NCBI GenBank assembly: GCA_951406725.2 | Contig: OX597823.1 | Coordinates: forward strand, 41,912,001-41,976,000 | Direction of reading: 5' to 3' | Origin: Octopus vulgaris | Taxonomy: Eukaryota | Length of the DNA: 64,000 nucleotides | Part shown: one piece after another, positions 39,891-52,498 of the stretch | Layout of the letters: every line of letters starts with the position of its first letter | How positions within the stretch are numbered: the first letter of the stretch is position 1 | The notes under the pieces: model-generated | Told to the model about the DNA's origin: nothing | Seen by the model: only the letters and a program-made list of their open reading frames with translations | The model's database searches: none | Program-made: the position numbers and the translations under genes

Positions 39891-40098
39891 TATGTATAGA
39901 AATTAAATATAAAATATAAATTACAAAGTGGGACAAGAACGCAAAAACACACAAAGAGACGACACAAAAAAAACAGACGGGTCACTCGAAGCCCCTAATC
40001 TTCAGTCGGAACCGGATCATCTTAGCAATTTCGGCTGTTTAATCTTGCGTTCTTGTCCCACTTTGTAATTTATATTTTATATTTAATTTCTATACATA
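39891..40098. repeat. perfect 54-bp inverted repeat around a 100-bp CpG-rich spacer
   Basis: 39891-39944 is the exact reverse complement of 40045-40098 (checked base by base). Confidence 0.95.
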
Positions 40099-40326
40099 TA
40101 TTATTGCAGCGTAACATACCCTTATCTCTTATATACATATATATATATATATATATATAAAATGTAAATAAGGTTGTAATCCAAGCTGTGTCCTCATGAA
40201 TCACATCTGCATATTCCATTGCTTCAAAATTGTATGTAGATATCATCATTGTGTGAGGTATTCATCAGAGTTGAAAAGTCCTGGAAGATAGCATTTGCAG
40301 AATAATTGCATATCAAAACAGGGAAG

Positions 40327-40583
40327 TGGAGAATACTTTTCGTGTCATTTATTCAGCATGACACATGTTTCATTTGCCAAGAGGAGGTACAAATTTGTAC
40401 CTCTCATTAAAATTTCTTCAGAGAGCTTACCACGAGAATCAAATAATTAATTAATTTTCTGCTTGAAGAATTTCTAATAAGAGATATCTTACCTGTCTCC
40501 TCAGACATGTATAATTTTGTAACTCCTGTTGGCAAATGAAAACATGTGTATTGGTGAATAGATAATACCAAAGATTTTCTCCA
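40327..40583. repeat. diverged inverted repeat containing a 20-bp palindrome
   Basis: acacatgtttcatttgccaa…ttcttca versus tgaagaa…ttggcaaatgaaaacatgtgt; GAGGTACAAATTTGTACCTC at 40384-40403. Confidence 0.75.
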
Positions 40584-40584
40584 G

Positions 40585-40649
<65 letters not shown>

Positions 40650-40706
40650 TATACATATATATATATACACATATATACATACATATACAATCTCACTCAC
40701 ATATAG

Positions 40707-40755
<49 letters not shown>

Positions 40756-41439
40756 GATAGATTTGATTAATGAGAAAGACAGAAGATATGAAAATACACA
40801 CACATATATATTTATACATACATAAATATACTATTGAGTGTGTATACTTAATTATGCTATTTCCTGTAATTAATGACATTGGCAAATACATTGTTGTATT
40901 TGTTACTGTTGTACCTGCTGCTTAGTTAATTTTGTGGTTGTGAAGATTCATTTTAGCATGTTTTGTAAGGTTTTAAATTCTAGTAAATATCAACCACTTC
41001 ATACCTCACGTGTATATCTCATATACTCTTTTTTATTTCTGTTTGAGATATAGTGTAATTTCTGTATCTTTTCCATAAACCTCATTTCCCATATGAATAC
41101 ACACATTTGAATTGTATATATACACACCTTAACTGAAATTGAATTAATATTTTGAATGTTAATTCAATTTCAATTAATTTTAGTCTGTAATACACATACT
41201 CTATCCCATTAAATAATTTTCACAATTTTCTCACTTCCATCGAATTTTGTCCTAAATCCTTGATATGATTAATATTTTCTTATTTTGAATGGTTTCATTT
41301 CCAACAATTCTTTTGTGCTCCGTAAAATAAGTACCAGTCAAATACTAGTGTATATAATCAAATAATTCCCTCCCCTCAAATTACTGGTCTTGTGCCAAAA
41401 TTTTGAAACCATGGTTATTATTATGTCTGTTGTTTTGCT

Positions 41440-41700
41440 CATTTCTAACACTGCAGATGTATTACAGTGTCATGTGATCACTACTAGAGAACTGAGATAT
41501 CACCAATTACTTTTCAAGCACTCTCCAGAGTATACAATCTGTTCCAAGGAGTGCTGTGTTATGCAAGTGTTCATTCTGTATTGTAACCCTTATTTGTTCA
41601 ATGTTCTCAAGATTTTTACTCATTTCTCCTAAGGCTGCAACAGTTATTGGTATTATTCTCACCTTTTTCAGTAGCTGCAACTGTTTAACCTCCAGAAGAA
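41440..41700 (-). mobile_element. R4/Dong-like (RLE) non-LTR retrotransposon 3' end
   Basis: KKVRIIPITVAALGEMSKNL…EHLHNTALLGTDCILWRVL matches the R4 C-terminus V.VIPIVIGALG…LQK.ALLGTA.ILRKVL. Confidence 0.75.
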
Positions 41701-41753
41701 AAAGCCTGTAATATCTATTAACTTTATTATTTTTTTTACTATTGTTATTATTA

Positions 41754-42151
41754 CTAGCAGGACCCATGAATATTTTATGGAATTAATAGTAAACCTATTA
41801 GGTTATTTCTGAAAACCTTATCCAAAAACCCTGAAAGCATAGTCTGTGTTGTGTCTGTATGGAAAGATAGTTGTTCATCTGCTACTCACTGAAAAGTGAA
41901 AGAAATTTGAATACAATGATTACTTAATGCACTTTATATATACACTTTCTATACTTTATGCACAATTTTATAGACTTAATACACAGCACTCATAAGATAA
42001 ATATTCATTCTTATATTTCTATTTTTCCCATAAACAAAACAAAAAATACACCCATTCATATGATACAACCTTTAGTTAAATTGCATATATCTGCCATGTG
42101 AATAAGTGCGAATATTTCACAGACTTTCACTTATGTACATGTGTTAAGAGA
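41754..42151 (-). mobile_element. possible degenerate non-autonomous Helitron
   Basis: actag followed by degenerate hairpin (cccatgaatattttatgg) at left; …ttaagagat (A|TC on minus) at right. Confidence 0.3.
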
Positions 42152-42189
42152 TAAGTGATATAAAAAAACTTAGTTCAAGAAAAAATTAC

Positions 42190-42319
42190 ACTCTGAGTGC
42201 AAATGCTGATAAGGTCGACTTTGTCCTTCAGGGTTGATGAAACAAGCACCAGTCAAACATGATGCAACTGACTAAGTCCTGCCCCTGAAATTTCATGCCT
42301 TGTGCCTATAATAGAAAGG

Positions 42320-42384
<65 letters not shown>

Positions 42385-42805
42385 GGTGGCAAGTTGGCAG
42401 AATTGTTGGCATGCCAGGCAAAATACTTAGCAGCATTTCACCCGTCACTATGTTCTGTGTTCAAATTCTGCTGAGGTTGACTTTGTCTTTCATCTCTTCG
42501 AGATTGATAAATTAAGTACCAGTGAAACTCTTGGGTCAATGTAATTGACTAGTCTCCTTCCTCCAAATTTCAAAACCTTGTGCCTTCAGGACAAAGAATT
42601 ATTATTAAGGTGGTGAGCTGACTGAACTGTTAGCATGCCAGACAAAATGCTTAGCAGCATTTCATTGGGTTTTATATACTCACCTCAAATTCTGTTAAGA
42701 TTGACTTTGACCTTCATCCTTTTGGGTACAATAAAATAAATAGCAGTCAAGTACTGGAGTTGATTTAAAACTGCTGGACCTGTGCCAAAATTTGAAATCA
42801 TTCTT
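42190..42805 (+). mobile_element. three tandem SINE family C (Nin/Deu-domain-like) copies
   Basis: Repeated ctgagttcaaattc…gaggtcgactttgcctttcatc…gataaattaagtaccag core at about 42190, 42385 and 42609, with (ATT)n tails. Confidence 0.85.
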
Positions 42806-43069
42806 ATATTTCCTTTACACTTTTTGTATGCAAATTTTCTAGCATTATATCTGCCATCAGAGTGATGAGTCATTCTTTTTCACTCAGTTTGGCTTGTCTG
42901 AAGGTGATACATGTCTTTGAAACTACTGAGTAAAGAGTCATGACATCAGCCCAAATAAACTGTTACATTCTGTTTGTATTGAGTAGTTCCCCAGTAGATC
43001 TTTACTTAACAGTGGATGTATGTAAATACAGACACACACACACACACACACATATATATACTCTTTTCT

Positions 43070-43480
43070 CTTTTTACTCTTTTACTTGTTTCAGTCATTT
43101 TTGACTGTGGCCATGCTGGAGCACCGCCTTTTAGTCAAGCAAATAAACCCCAGGACATATTCTTTGTAAGCCTAGTACATATTCTATCGGTCTCTTTTGC
43201 CAAACTGCTAGGTTATGGGGACCTAAACACACTAGCATCAGTTGTCAAGTGATGTTGGGGGGACAAACACAGACACACAAACATATACACACACACACAT
43301 ATATAAATATACATATATACAACGGGCTTCTTCCAGTTTCCATCTACCAAATCCACTCTCAAGGCTTTGGTCGGCCCGAGGCTATAGTAGAAGACACTTG
43401 CCCAAGGTTCCATGCAGTGGGACTGAACCTGGAACCATGTTGTTTGTAAGCAAGCTACTTACCACACAGCCACTCCTATG
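43070..43480 (-). mobile_element. SINE family A full-length, well preserved
   Basis: Reverse complement of 46742-47140; ends cttaccacacagccactcct. Confidence 0.92.
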
Positions 43481-43483
43481 CCA

Positions 43484-43516
<33 letters not shown>

Positions 43517-43517
<1 letters not shown>

Positions 43518-43890
43518 TGGCATGCCATCCCTTATGACAATGAGGTTTCCAGTTGATTTGATCAAGGGAACAGCCTGCTTGTGAAATTAACATGTAAATG
43601 GCTGAGCACTCCACAGACACATGTACTCTTAATATAGTTCTCAGGGAGATTAAGCGTGACACAGCATGTGACAAGGCTGGCCCTTTGAAATACAGGTAAC
43701 AGGTACAACAGAAACAGGAAGGAGCGAGAGAAAGTTGTGGTGGAAGAATACAGCAGGGTTTGCCACTATACCCTGCCAGAGCCACATGGAGCTTTCACTC
43801 AATAAACACTCACAACACCTGGTCTGGGAATCGAAACCGCAATCATATGACTGTGAGTCCACTGCCCTAACCACTTAGCCATTGTGTCTC
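43517..43890 (-). mobile_element. tRNA-derived SINE (family B-like head), tail type 3
   Basis: Head ggagacacaatggctaagtggttagggcagtggactcacagtc…tttcgattcccagacc on minus; tail fragments also near 31490-31620 and 45700-45800. Confidence 0.8.
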
Positions 43891-45890
43891 CATTATATAT
43901 ATATATATATATACACATAAATATATATATACTCAAATACATACATATGCATACACACACATATATATATACATGTATATACACACACAGATATACACAT
44001 ACATATATATATATACACACATACATGCATACATACATACATATATGTATATATATTTTCAACCACCTTTAAACACCTCTCCTCTTACATTCATATCAAC
44101 TTATTCACCCAACCCCTGAGCCTTCATCTGTATTCTCTTCTAATACTCACCGTTTTGTACGTTGAGGGTATAATCTGACACCTTGTTACCAAAATCTCCA
44201 ACTTCTCTCTATATATTCCCACCCACACTTATATATTGTAAGATATCCATGTACTATATTTACAGCAAAACACTTGTTGCCTGTCCATTATAGTTTAACC
44301 TCTAAACACTAGCTATAAAGCTACCCCATCTTACATCTACAACCTCACTCATTGAGAAGATTTCTTCATTTTCTTTGTCTTGAAAGTTACGAGGTGATCT
44401 CACTAGTATTGGTGTCATGAAAAAGACACCCAGTACACTATGTAAAGTGGTTGACATTTAGAAGCTCATCCAGCTGTAGAAGCTATTGCCAAAGCTAACA
44501 CTGGTCTTCAACTCAGTCCTCTAGCTCAGGGGATTCTATCAAACCATCAAACCCACACTAGTATGGAAGACAGACTATATATCATTATGATGCTATGTCA
44601 GTTTAACTACCAATTCTCAAAGAGAGAGCTAGAGCTCCTGAACTAAGCTCACACTTCCCAGTCTTAGAGAAGAATCAATATTCAATTTTCATACCTTAAA
44701 GAGGCTTTATAAAATGCTAATAGATTGAAATTATTACCTTAATTAACATTTTATTCTCATACATTTCATTTTGGTACCATATGGTGTCTTGTTGCAAGCA
44801 CCATATGGCGTACTTATTTGGAAAGAATGTTTTTAATGTAAAATATCTTTCTTTCTGTTTTCAAGTTAGAAATGTGCTAGAAAAATTATAACATGGTTAT
44901 CTTTGCGAAGAGGATTCAGCATCTCATTTTCTCTTTGTGTTTTGGTTTGTTTTTGTTAGTCTTTTTAAGCTTTACTAAATTTAAAATTTTTCTACTTTCA
45001 ATTAATACCAGATGATACTGGCATAAAATACGTTTCTGTCTCTCTCCTCTTCCTTCTCACCCACTTACATCTATTTGCTCATTCTCATGCATACATATAT
45101 ATATATACACATATGCACATACACATACGAACACACTCATAGAGTTGATGAAATACAAAACTTTAGACAAGTATATAACTTACAGAAAACAATTTGATAA
45201 CGATACACAGTCATATACTATAAAGTAAAATAATGCATGTACACTCACTCACACATAAATGTGCCTGAAACTTACACTAAGGTAAGTAAATATGCATTCA
45301 AATGCTAGCAGAGAAATAGGTACTTAAGCATATGTGGGTTTGTATGTGTGTGTGTGTGTATATATATATATATGTATACACTTGTATATGTATATATGTG
45401 TATATGTATGTGTGTATATATACATATGTATGTATATATGTGTGTATATAAATATATGTGTATGTATATATGTATATGTGTGTATATATATATGTATATA
45501 TGTATATGTATGTATATATATGTGTGTGTGTATATATATATTTATATGTGTATATGTATGTATATTTATGTGTGTGTGTGTGTGCATGGATGTATGTATA
45601 TGTATGTATACATATATAGTGGGTGATTTCCATCATTTGACATCATTCCATCATTTGGGATTTCAGTTGTTTAATTATCTGAAATACTTTTTACCTGAAT
45701 TATCATGTAAGTGGCTGAGTATTCCATAGACATGTCTACCCTTAATGTAATTCTCAGGCAGAATCATCATGAGACAGTGTGTGAAATGGTTGTCTTTAGA
45801 TTACAATGACAGTCTATCTGACAAGTTTAGATTCAGTTTCCAGTGACCAAATCTCTCTCCCTCTCTCTCCTTCACACATACACAGATATA

Positions 45891-46221
45891 TCTTTATATA
45901 TAAAAGTGAAGTTGTGTGTCTGTCTCCTACGATTTAGATTCCTAACTACTCCCACATTTTGCGGTGCCGTTTAACCAAAACCGGGTATCTTATAGTCGTG
46001 ATTCATATCGAGCCCTTCTGGGTATTAGCATCCGTCTACGATGAGTCTACGATTTAAAAAATAATTTACCATCATTTTTTTCCATTTTAATGCATTTTTC
46101 GCTTTTATATAAGGGAAGTAACTCTCTAAAAATGTCTACGATGAGTCAACGATTTAAAAAAAAAGATGCTTATATAGTTATTTCCCTTACAAACCCGAGC
46201 AACGCCGGGCGATACTGCTAG
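45891..46221 (+). mobile_element. non-autonomous Helitron, young
   Basis: A|TC 5' end, 3' hairpin cccg-agcaacgc-cggg then CTAG|T; CpG-rich; internal duplicate gtctacgatgagtc.acgatttaaaaaa. Confidence 0.9.
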
Positions 46222-46741
46222 TGATAAATATAATAAATACACCCATTGGTTTATGTTCTAAACTTACATCCACAATATGCAACACAAATGTTTCTATAAT
46301 CTCTATGTATTCTTCATAGAAATTATCATATGATTTGAATGACCAAATCTATAAGGATCTTTGAATCTAGCTTTTTCAGTAAATAGCAGTAACAGACATA
46401 TACATTTAGTAATCATGTCACGAAGCACTCAGCTGTATGCACTGATAATCACAGCAAGTTATTGATGATACGAGGCATAATATCTATATGCAAATAGATT
46501 TGTATAGATATCTTTAAATTGATAACTAGAGGTCAAATCACTTTGAGGCATAGAGGATAGGTAAGGATTCTTCCGACAGAACCAGCTTTAAATAACAAAT
46601 GATTTTATTCTTCACATTAATTGTATGATAAAGTTGATAGTTTAGGCGTTGTTGTACTTGTTTGTTAAGTCACTTGATCTAAGATCATCTGTTGAAACTG
46701 TAGCAATTATATCGTGGTAGTGTGACGATTATCACATGAAA

Positions 46742-47140
46742 TATGGCTGTATGGTAAGTAGCTTGCTTACCAACCACATGGTTCTGGGCTCATTCCCACT
46801 GCATGTTACCTTGGGCAAGTGTCTTCTACTATAGCCTCAGACCGATCAAAGCCTTGTGAATGGATTTTGTAGATGGAAACTGAAAGAAGCCCATTGTATA
46901 TATATATGTGTATATGTATGTGTGTGTATATGTTTGTGTGTGTTTGTCCCTCTAACATTGCTTGACAACCGATGGTGGAGTGTTTACGTCCCCATATCTT
47001 AGCAGTTCAGCAAAAAGGGACCGATAGAATAAGTGCTAGGGTTCCAAAGCATAAGTCCTGGGGTCGATTTGCTCAACTAAAACCGGTGCTCCAGCATGGC
47101 CACAGTCAAATGACTGAAACAAGTAAAAGAATAAAAGAGA
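46742..47140 (+). mobile_element. SINE family A full-length (reference copy)
   Basis: A box tggctgtatggtaag, B box ggctcattccc, core ttgggcaagtgtcttctactatagcc, internal (TA/TG)n, tail actgaaacaagtaaaagaataaaaga. Confidence 0.92.
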
Positions 47141-47215
47141 CATGTCATTATATTCATTCATTGTTATCTTTTATTTTGTGTGCATGAATTCATACACACA
47201 CACACACACATTTAA

Positions 47216-47248
<33 letters not shown>

Positions 47249-47284
47249 CATATGTATATACATATACACACATATATATGTATG

Positions 47285-47600
47285 TATCCGGCAAATGAAA
47301 GATGGAAGATGTGTATATGAGAATTTATTATTAATCACAACAATTGTTTTGACACATCTAGCATCGATTCCTCTTGGGTGGGACTCAACAACTGATTCAG
47401 GAGCATCTGTTGTTGCAGATGTATCTCGTTGGGTGATAAATGAATACAACTCATTAAAATGACTGTTCCGCAATGTAACTTTCCGTTTTGTAGAGAGAAG
47501 AGCAGCCAGACGGAGGAAATATCTTCATTTATATAGAAGATCAAAAATAAAATCACAGATGGCAAAAGAAGAAATGAACATGCAATCCAGTGAGAAAAGT
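47285..47600 (-). mobile_element. Penelope-type repeat with extended-stem-II hammerhead-like motif
   Basis: Minus 47437-47334: atcac CCAACGA gatacatct…agatgtgtc AAA ACAATTGT T gtgat. Confidence 0.5.
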
Positions 47601-47613
47601 ATAAATATATATA

Positions 47614-48527
47614 CTAGCTGATGTACCCTGTAATTCCTGGGAAAGCGGGGCTTATCCCTTGGTTCCGTTCTTATAATTGTTTCGCTAACCCAGTAACAAT
47701 ACAAAGTATATAGCCTTTAAAATGGTTTTTGTGCATTTACAGAGAATACCGAAGTGTTTTACACAGGATCTTGTTTTTAATAATTCTCAGTAAGTTATGA
47801 ATACCCAAATTGTGAAGTCAGTTATGTAATAACATGAAATGAGTTATGTGATAGTAAGAATTCAAATAAAGTAGCCCCGTAAAGGGCTTTAATGCATTCC
47901 CAGAGTATATAGAACATGGGAGGAAATACTAAGAAGGTATGTATTCTAAAATTGTGAAGCATGTTACTTAATTACAGGCTAGTCAGATATAAGATAATAA
48001 TGATTCAAAGTAAATAACTCTGAAAAGGACTTTTGTGCATTCCCAGGGAATATTACTCTCAGGAGCACTAGTGTTGGTATATTCAAGAATAAGTCACTAA
48101 CTGAAATAAGTGGATCTATTGTTTAGGAAAATACTATTTACTTGTTTAAAGTTTGTACTGGATACATTGTGAAAATAACTCTAACAGTTTAAATTCTAAG
48201 AAGTAAGCATACTCAATTTCATTTTTACCAAATAATTTAGGAAAATGAATGGGTTATTTCCCTTGGTTATATATAAGGATCATTTCCAGGAGCAAATGGG
48301 TTATTTCCCTTGGTTTTTAAAATAAAATATATTAGATATATATAAGGATCCCTTCCAGGGGCTCTATTATCCATATTTTTTCAACAATCTGAGTATGCCA
48401 TGAGGTTTCCAGACATAAGTTCTACTCGTGTAAAGTTTCATCAAAACCGATAAAAACGATGTAGGAGGAGTTTGCTAGCAACTCCACAAACATACCTACA
48501 GACAGAATTTCCCACTTATGAGGTAGA
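47614..48527 (-). mobile_element. non-autonomous Helitron with internal ~125-bp minisatellite
   Basis: a-ctag plus degenerate hairpin ccctgtaattcctggg at left; …gtagat (A|TC on minus) at right; repeats of gtgcattcccag and aaattgtgaag inside. Confidence 0.75.
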
Positions 48528-48817
48528 TTTCTTACAAAGACCATGAAGTTGCTGTGATGTTCAGGATCAAATAATAAATCCTAAGTATTTAGACTTCAAT
48601 TAATCACAAGTCTTTATGAGTCAACACATTTATAACATAGCAGAAAATCCACATGTGACCAGTTTACAGGTATGTGTATATGTATGTATTATGTATGTAT
48701 GTATGTATGTATGTATGTATATATATATATATATATATCATAAGAATAAGGGAGGAGAAAAATTTTGATTATCCCCAAATGGTGAGTTTTAATGCAAAAA
48801 ATAAAATATATATATAT

Positions 48818-49187
48818 AAAATGAAAGAAGGAAAATGCACAGAAATTACATAGTCATAATATATTTTATAACTGAAAGAGTATTGTTTTTCATCTGGTTT
48901 CACTTTCACTAACCATGATATAGAAATTATTGTAATTTCATATTTTCTTAAGAAGATTTTAGTCCATGTTGTGTATGGGGGTTTGTGTATGGGAGTTTAT
49001 GTATAGGGCTTTCATTTACAAACCCCAGACACAATGTAGACTAAAATCTTAAGAAACTACGAAATTACAATAATTTCAATGTCATGATTAGTGAAAGTGA
49101 AACCAATTGACAAACAATACTCTTTCACTTATAAGATATATTAAAAAATATATTAAAACTATGTAATCTGTGTGCTTTTTCATCGTT
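48818..49187. repeat. foldback element, ~170-bp arms, ~30-bp loop, flanked by (TA)n
   Basis: ggtttcactttcactaaccatga versus tcatgattagtgaaagtgaaacc; gaaagagtattgttt versus aaacaatactctttc. Confidence 0.9.
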
Positions 49188-49204
49188 ATATATATATATA
49201 TATA

Positions 49205-49453
49205 TTGGTTTGGTGCATTATTGTGGCTTTTTTTCAAAACATTTTATTCAACAGAAACAATAACAATATTTAACAAAAACATCTTTAAATTTCGGTCTGA
49301 CCATCTGCCAAACAAATGGGAAGCAGTAATTGAAGTAGATGGTGAATATGCTTCAGAATAATCATTTAAATATGTTTTTGTTGCATGTTATTATTGTTTT
49401 TGTTGAATAGAATTTGTTGAAAAAAAAGCCGCAATAATTATGCACTAACCCAA
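49205..49453 (+). mobile_element. mariner deletion derivative (MITE)
   Basis: TA-flanked TIRs ttggtttggtgcattattgtggc / gccgcaataattatgcactaacccaa; retains transposase C-terminus DHLPNKWEAVIEVDGEY. Confidence 0.85.
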
Positions 49454-49824
49454 TATATATGTATATATATGTGTGTGTGTGTGTGTGTTTCATTGACTAA
49501 AATGATCTTAAGGTCAACTTTTTTAGAATATAAGCAGAACAAAATGTAGTTCATATATAGTTCATACTTTCCAATAGCTGTTTCATTAGGATGAACATCA
49601 TTCATTGTATAATAACTTAACGGTGAAACACCATTATTTAATGCATATTAATTTAATTTAAATTCAATTGTTTTGTTAGCAATTGTAAATTGTGTTTCCC
49701 TACAAAATCAAAAGTTTTATATGTGATAACTCAATACTCCTGATAAGTATTTGGGTAATTGTTTTCTTAGGCAAAATAGACTCGAGGAAATCAGTAGAAT
49801 TTTAATGATGATGATAAATAATGC

Positions 49825-50025
49825 TTTCAAATCTTGGCAGGGGGGGCCAATATTTTTGAATTAAGGGTAAGTCAATTACATGAACCCTCAGTACTTAACT
49901 GGTACTTATTTTATTTGACCTCAAAAAGTTGAAAGGAAAGCCAACCTCAGCAGAATGTGAAGGAGAGGAAATCCCATTAAGCATTTTGCCTAGCATGCTA
50001 ATGGTTAAACCAGCTTATTACCTAA
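49825..50025 (-). mobile_element. SINE family C
   Basis: ctggtacttattttat…gaaagg aaagccaacctcagcagaat…aagcattttgcc…atgcta. Confidence 0.7.
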
Positions 50026-50334
50026 ATGTTGGTAAATAATACAGAAAGAATATTTAAGTTGGCGGTGGATAAAAATATTTTGGCTGAAGCAATTGCATTA
50101 GAATATAAGAATTGGCACAGTGTTTAGTACAAAGCTTGTTTGCTGTTAATAACATGCCATTGTCCAGTAGTTGAACTTGTAGACATTAGCAACAAAGTTA
50201 TTCCTAAATGTTATTGATTTATAGTTAAAAAACAGGGTTTTTGGTTTATTAGAGAGCTTATAAATTGAAACACTACTTGAGGAATAAAAATGAAAGATGC
50301 AAGTTGTGACTAGTATTCTTATCAGTGTAGACAC

Positions 50335-50770
50335 AAGCATAGCTGTGTGTTAAGAATGTTGCTTCCCAATCACATGGTTTCAGGTTCAGTCCCACTGCAT
50401 GTCACCTCGACAAGTGTTTTCTACTATAACTCTAAACTGACCAAAGTCTTGTGTGTGGATTTGGTAGATGGAAATTGAAACTGCTATATATATATAAATG
50501 TGCATATGTGTTTCTGTTTCCATGTTTCTGTCTCCATGACGTGATAGTTGTAAATGAGTGTTACTATTATGCAAGCAATATACCTCATTTCCAGTCTTCT
50601 GTAAAAACACGTATGGTCTTGGGGAAACATTACCATACTAGGAAACAGGTGAAGTTTCGCAACAGAAAGGGCATCCAGCTGTAAAAAATCTACCTCAACA
50701 AATTCCATCTGATCCATACAAGTATCAATGAAGTGGATGTTTAAACAATGATGATGATGATGATGATGAA
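50335..50770 (+). mobile_element. SINE with family A head and RTE-derived 3' tail
   Basis: Head as 46742; tail aagggcatccagctgtaaaa…gtggatgtttaaacaatgatgatgatg as in RTE tails. Confidence 0.8.
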
Positions 50771-52120
50771 TATAGTATGCGGATAAACTATTTAATTTAA
50801 GAAGTATGACAGAGTAGAATTAATTTAATGATTGTAGTTGTTATTAGTGCAGTTATTAGTTAATGGTTAATAGTGATGGGTGATGATAAGTGGGCAGTAT
50901 CAAAAAGTTCCAGAAAATCATAGAATTAATGAAGAAACACTACACATTTACTGAATGACTCTAAAATGGAAGGGAGTGAAAGTCAAATCACTGCAAGAAC
51001 TTTAGTAATATAAGCTATAAGATGTGATGCATTCTGAAAAGGTTTTGTTCTTCAGCTCATGCCACACCCTGTTGCTTACAATCTCCATGATATTCACCAT
51101 CTTTCAAGGCAAAACGAAAACATCAAATAAAATCTGTTATTTCCTGATACAATGTTTTATATTGCTTGAAATGAATTTATATATATTCAAGTTTTTAGAT
51201 TTCCATTTAGTATTGATGATGATAAAAGTTACATTTTATATGCTCTGTAATTACACTTATTCTGTCTATTCTAATACACTAGACTGAAGCTACAGCAACT
51301 GTTTCTTTCACTTTAAAACTCTTACACATAATGTTTATGATAATACAATTCATGGAAAAGAAAAAAAAAAATCTTCATTACTTTTCTTGGAATCAAACAA
51401 CAGAATTAGAAATCTCTTTTGTATAAAACATGACAGGAGGTATTTACAAGAGAAATATCTTGCCAAAAGCCAAGGTACCACATAGACACCAAGAACAAAT
51501 ATCTCTTTGAAATAGTTACCTGAATTCTTTAAGAAAAATAATTCACTACTTCTGTTAGGAAAACTGCTATATGCCAATGTTACTAAGTGACAAGGTAGAA
51601 GTAAGATAATTTAGAAAAGTATTTAACCATAAGAATGTAATTTAAAACAGTTATTAATTTTGTGTGTATATGCATATCTACAATATAATATATGATATGA
51701 TATTTTTATAACTACTGCCTTAGACAGAAAAGAAAAATATTCAGGTATTTTGCACAGAATTTGAATCATGTGTCTGCTGTGTATAGGACAGCCACATTGC
51801 CAACTGCCCCAAAGATTTTCTGCACAAATTCATCAGTCAAATTAGCTCCTATAGTTGTTTTGCTGGAATAAAAATATCACCCCCCCTCCACCTCATCACA
51901 CGTAGATCACAGATAACTTTGTAGAAACTTGTGTGTGTATTTATACATATATATGTGTGTGTAGATATATGTCCATTAATGAATTGGTGTTATATCAATT
52001 AGTTAAAAGAATTGATGTTATATGATTACTTTCAATAGTTTACAGGTGTTTCTATTATAAAAAGCACTGCATTCAAAAACGAGTGCTTCTGCAACATTTT
52101 ATACTCTGCTCCGAGTCATA

Positions 52121-52319
52121 TACTCAACGGGTGCTGAAATGTTTGTGTCATGAAAGGTCTAGCTGGAGGCCCAAACTTACAAGGGCTTAGAAAAACTGAA
52201 GGACTGCTTCAATAAGTGTGTGAATCTGACAGGGGGATATGTTAAATAAATTCATAATCAACTGATCCTCCTGTATTTTCTTTTACCCAAAGCCAAGAAC
52301 TTTTCAGCACCCCATCATA
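52121..52319 (+). mobile_element. mariner deletion derivative (second family)
   Basis: TIRs gggtgctgaaa / ttttcagcacccc; retains transposase C-terminus GLEKLKDCFNKCVNLTGGYVK*. Confidence 0.75.
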
Positions 52320-52498
52320 TATATATATATATATATATATCATGTTATATTAGAAGAAAAATCAAAAGATGTATATATATATATATAACTGTTGCATTTG
52401 TTTACTTTCTTAATAAAAAGGTACACATAAAATTGTACAGTCATAAATAAAGAATGAATTAATTAAATTAATAATCAATTTATCTCATCATTCTTTTG

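Noticed and set aside
39975-40012. Hammerhead-like CTGAAGA…CGAG on the minus strand in the perfect inverted repeat spacer
   Set aside because: GAAA core and stems II/III cannot be built convincingly from this copy
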